A program made the translations under genes and the position numbers. From the NCBI GenBank assembly GCA_031409655.1, contig JANNXQ010000096.1, positions 1-18,969 on the forward strand: DNA of 18,969 bases, written 5' to 3'. The stretch's first letter is position 1. Each line of letters starts with the position of its first letter. The stretch is from Chthoniobacteraceae bacterium (lineage in GTDB: Bacteria; Verrucomicrobiota; Verrucomicrobiia; Chthoniobacterales; Chthoniobacteraceae). The notes beneath the pieces were generated by a model. That model was not told the origin of the DNA. It was given only the letters and a program-made list of their open reading frames with translations, and ran no database searches. Positions 15,835 to 18,969 of the stretch are shown one piece after another.

Positions 15835-16487
15835 CACGCTTCGACGCAATACCCGTGGCCGCGCCGAGTGACGATGAAGTCGTGGCCGAGCTTCTTGCGC
15901 AGGTTGAAAATGTGCACGTCGAGGATGTTCGAGAGTGTGGATTCGTTCTCGTCGAAAAGATGCTCGTAGAGCGCGGTCCGCGTGACGAGTTCGCCGCGAT
16001 GCAGCGCGAGATATTCGAGCACGACATACTCGCGCGCGGTGAGCGTCACGGGTTCGCCATCGAGCAGCACCGTGCGTGCGGCGGTGTCGATCCGCACGGC
16101 GCCGATCTCGATTCCCGATCGCGCCTGCCGCGCGCCGCGACGGATGATCGCCCGCAGCCGCGCGAGTAACTCGGGGATGTCGAACGGCTTCACGAGATAA
16201 TCGTCCGCGCCGATGTCGAGCCCGCGCACGCGATCCGTCGTGCGGTCGCGCGCCGTGAGCATCAGCACCGGCGTCTTCTTCTTTTCGCGTAAGCGCGTCA
16301 GGACCGCCCAGCCGTCCATCCGCGGCAGCATTACATCGAGCACGATTGCGTCGTAATCCGTGGACTCCGCCTTGAACAAGCCCTCCTCGCCATCGGCGGC
16401 GGTGTCCACGGCGTAGCCCTCCTTGCGCAAAGCCCGCACCAGCCCCGCGAGCAGGTCGGGTTCATCTTCGACAACGAGGAGGCGCAT
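15834..16487 (-). CDS. OmpR/PhoB family response regulator
   Basis: MRLLVVEDE, LDVMLP, GADDYLVKPF, C-terminal winged helix ending TRRGHGY. Confidence 0.96.
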   Translation of the reverse strand: MRLLVVEDEPDLLAGLVRALRKEGYAVDTAADGEEGLFKAESTDYDAIVLDVMLPRMDGWAVLTRLREKKKTPVLMLTARDRTTDRVRGLDIGADDYLVKPFDIPELLARLRAIIRRGARQARSGIEIGAVRIDTAARTVLLDGEPVTLTAREYVVLEYLALHRGELVTRTALYEHLFDENESTLSNILDVHIFNLRKKLGHDFIVTRRGHGYCVEA

Positions 16488-16541
16488 GGTGGGGAGGTGG
16501 TTGTGACTACGCTCGGCGATTTCTGAATATCCCACGCCCAC

Positions 16542-16621
16542 GATGAATGGGAGATGAATGACGGCCCGATAATTGGTGCAGGAAAATGCGGCCGGAGCCC
16601 GCCCATTCATGGGGCATTCAT
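16542..16621. promoter_or_regulatory. Two oppositely oriented OmpR-type direct-repeat boxes
   Basis: GATGAATG at 16542 and 16553, CATTCAT at 16604 and 16615 (both 11-bp period), between divergent genes. Confidence 0.7.
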
Positions 16622-16644
16622 CTGCCACCGCCTACGCTTTGGTC

Positions 16645-18420
16645 ATGAAACCAATTGTCTTCCGTCCATGCCTACTCGTTCTGGCCGTGTTCTCCGTTGC
16701 CGCTGCGTCTGCTCACGACATCAGCGGCGACCCGCATCCTCACTACGATCGCTCGGTGAAGCCGCCGGAGATCATCCTCGCGCAGGCGGCGCCTCAGAAT
16801 CGTGTGCAGGTCGGCGACCGGATGGTGCGGACGAACAAGCCGGCGCAGGCAGCGAGCTTCGAGGCGTTCGCACCGGCAGTGGCGCTGCGGTGGGATGAGC
16901 AGTTCCTCTTTGTGGAAAGCAACGGCCTGCCCGCGCACAAGATGATGGTGGGCATCACCGCTTGGCAGCAGCAGGTGCCGCTGCCGCAGGCTTACAAGGG
17001 CGCGAATGCCTGGCAGATCCCGCTCTCGCCGGTGCCGGCGAAGGAAGTCATCTCGATCAAGAATCGCTTCCTGCGCGGAGCGATCGCCCTCGCGGCGAAT
17101 GGCATCCCGATCTTCAATCCGCAGAACAATCGCGGCGAAGTCTCGCAGGACATCGGCGAACTCGACGAGTGGGGCGGGCACTGCGGGCGCGGGGACGATT
17201 ACCACTACCACGCCGCGCCACTGCACTTGCAGAGCGTGCTCGGGCCGAATCTTCCAGTCGCCTACGCGCTCGATGGGTATCCGATCTTCGGACTCAACGA
17301 GCCGGATGGGTCCGCGCCCGCGGGGCTCGATGCCTTTAATGGCCACACGACCGCGGAGCTGGGTTATCACTATCACGCGTCGAAGAAGTATCCGTTTGTG
17401 AATGGCGGCTTCCACGGCGAGGTCGTCGAGCGCGATGGCCAGGTGGACCCACAACCGCGGGCGGGCAGCGTGCGTGAGGCACTCCAGCCTTTGCGGGGCG
17501 CGAAGATCACGGGCTTCGAATCCACGGGGACGAACAGTTACAAGCTCACTTACGAAGTGAATGGCGAGAAGCGTGCGGTGGCTTATGCGATCCAAGCGGA
17601 TGGGACCTATCCGTTTGAGTTTCAAAATGGCCGCGCGGGCACGACCAAGGAAGTGTACACGGCCCGCCAGCGCGGTCCCGGCGGTGGTGGTGGACGCGGA
17701 CCTCGTCCGGAAGGCGAGCGTGGCGGTTCGCCGCCGCGCGATGGTCGCGGGGGCCCACCCCGGCGCGAGGGCGGCGAACCGGAGCGCCGCGGCGGCCCGC
17801 GCGCCGGAGGGACGCAGGGCGAAGGCTCGAAAATCCCGATGGATGCGCTGAAGAAGCCGGCCGCATCGTTCCTGCTCACGAGCCCCGAGGTCGGCGCCGA
17901 TGGCAGACTTCCCATCGACTACACCGGCGACGGCAGCGGTGCGACCTTGCCACTCGTTTGGAAAGGCGCACCCGCCGGCACGCAGAGCTACGCCGTGGTG
18001 ATGGATCACCTCGCGCCCGGCGATCAGGTGAAATCCTACTGGACGCTGTGGGACATTCCCGCGAGCACGACGATGCTGGAGAAAAATGCGAAAGGCATCG
18101 GAAAACTCGGCACCAGCTTCCGGGGCATGGTCGGCTACGAGCCACCGCACTCGCAGGGCCCCGGAGCGAAGACTTACGTGCTCACCGTCTATGCGCTCTC
18201 CACCCTCCCGCAAATCACCGTGCCGGAGCGCGAAGTCAGCCGCGACGTGCTTCTTACCTCCATGAAGGACAAGGTGCTCGCGAGCGCCTCGCTGAATGTC
18301 ACCTACACTCGCGACGGCTCCGCCGGTAGCCAGTCCGGAGGTCGCCGGCCGCGCGAAAATGAACCGCAGGATCGAGCCGGCGACCGCGCTCCCGGCGAGC
18401 GCCCGCAGTCATCGAGGTAA
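16645..18420 (+). CDS. Secreted YHYH-domain protein fused to a YbhB/YbcL (PEBP) domain
   Basis: Signal peptide; GAIALAANGIPIFN, two YHYH motifs, GR/P-rich linker, then YTGDG..TLPLVWKGAPAGTQSYAVVMDH...YEPPHSQGPGAKTY (PEBP-like). Confidence 0.88.
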   Translation: MKPIVFRPCLLVLAVFSVAAASAHDISGDPHPHYDRSVKPPEIILAQAAPQNRVQVGDRMVRTNKPAQAASFEAFAPAVALRWDEQFLFVESNGLPAHKMMVGITAWQQQVPLPQAYKGANAWQIPLSPVPAKEVISIKNRFLRGAIALAANGIPIFNPQNNRGEVSQDIGELDEWGGHCGRGDDYHYHAAPLHLQSVLGPNLPVAYALDGYPIFGLNEPDGSAPAGLDAFNGHTTAELGYHYHASKKYPFVNGGFHGEVVERDGQVDPQPRAGSVREALQPLRGAKITGFESTGTNSYKLTYEVNGEKRAVAYAIQADGTYPFEFQNGRAGTTKEVYTARQRGPGGGGGRGPRPEGERGGSPPRDGRGGPPRREGGEPERRGGPRAGGTQGEGSKIPMDALKKPAASFLLTSPEVGADGRLPIDYTGDGSGATLPLVWKGAPAGTQSYAVVMDHLAPGDQVKSYWTLWDIPASTTMLEKNAKGIGKLGTSFRGMVGYEPPHSQGPGAKTYVLTVYALSTLPQITVPEREVSRDVLLTSMKDKVLASASLNVTYTRDGSAGSQSGGRRPRENEPQDRAGDRAPGERPQSSR

Positions 18421-18477
18421 GGGCGGCCCGCGGGCAGCAGAAGGAGCGCGCAAGGTGCGCCGATTTGGAGGCGCCAG

Positions 18478-18684
18478 CTTTGGACTGCGGTGACTTGTTA
18501 CCGCTTTGCGGGTGCGGAAGCTTGCTTCCGTGGTGGCGCCCGCTCCGGCCCCGGAGACTCCCGCCCGGGCGGACATTTCGAGCGGAACCAGAAAGCCTGC
18601 CGAAGGCAGCCCGAAGGGGAGCGCCGGGGGGCGCTGGCAACTCCGCGCCGCCAAAAACCGGTGACAAGTCACCGCAGTCCAAAG
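18478..18684. repeat. REP/REPIN-like inverted repeat element
   Basis: CTTTGGACTGCGGTGACTTGTTACCG (18478-18503) and CGGTGACAAGTCACCGCAGTCCAAAG (18659-18684), one mismatch; each arm has an internal palindrome. Confidence 0.8.
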
Positions 18685-18969
18685 AGCTGCGCGCCGCCGA
18701 TCAAATGCGCGCCGCTACTTCCCTTTCCTGGGCCCGGCGACGGGGTCGCGGAAGTCCTGCACGGGGGACTTTTCGCGCATCTGCCCATTCAGTAAACGAC
18801 AACGGAACGAAACGACAACGGGACAGGCCAGAATGGCACTAAGATAAGCCCTCGTTGAATCCGGCGCGATAGCGGTTTCTGTGTGGGATAACGCGCATCT
18901 TATGACGCGGTTGATTGAGTAACTGGTAAAGCTTTGGCCGTCGCTTGCGCGCGCGGGGTTCATTGCGAT

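Overview
GC-rich bacterial chromosomal window. The gene and repeat style suggests Verrucomicrobiota, but that is inference. Left host region: two tandem secreted HEXXH (Peptidase MA-like) paralogs coupled to holA, two TauE/SafE permeases, a DoxX gene, a candidate sRNA and an initiator tRNA-Met (5140-5216). A ~9.16 kb element is integrated in the tRNA, bounded by an exact 51-bp direct repeat (5170-5220 / 14331-14381). All its genes are on the minus strand: tyrosine integrase, Phd-type antitoxin, PIN toxin, Sel1-repeat protein, unknown 255-aa protein, excisionase/AlpA-like HTH, small unknown protein, Zn-finger AEP-type primase and P-loop helicase-like protein. A repeat-rich noncoding segment follows (ori-like and possibly cos-like). 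No capsid or conjugation genes were seen, so it looks like a minimalist phage satellite. The most unusual feature is that the 3' end of the integrase gene occurs three times (intact, ~87% and ~76% identical), and each copy is followed by different cargo. This forms a polarised cassette array. Right host region: an OmpR/histidine kinase pair divergent from a YHYH+PEBP fusion gene, then a REP-like inverted repeat.
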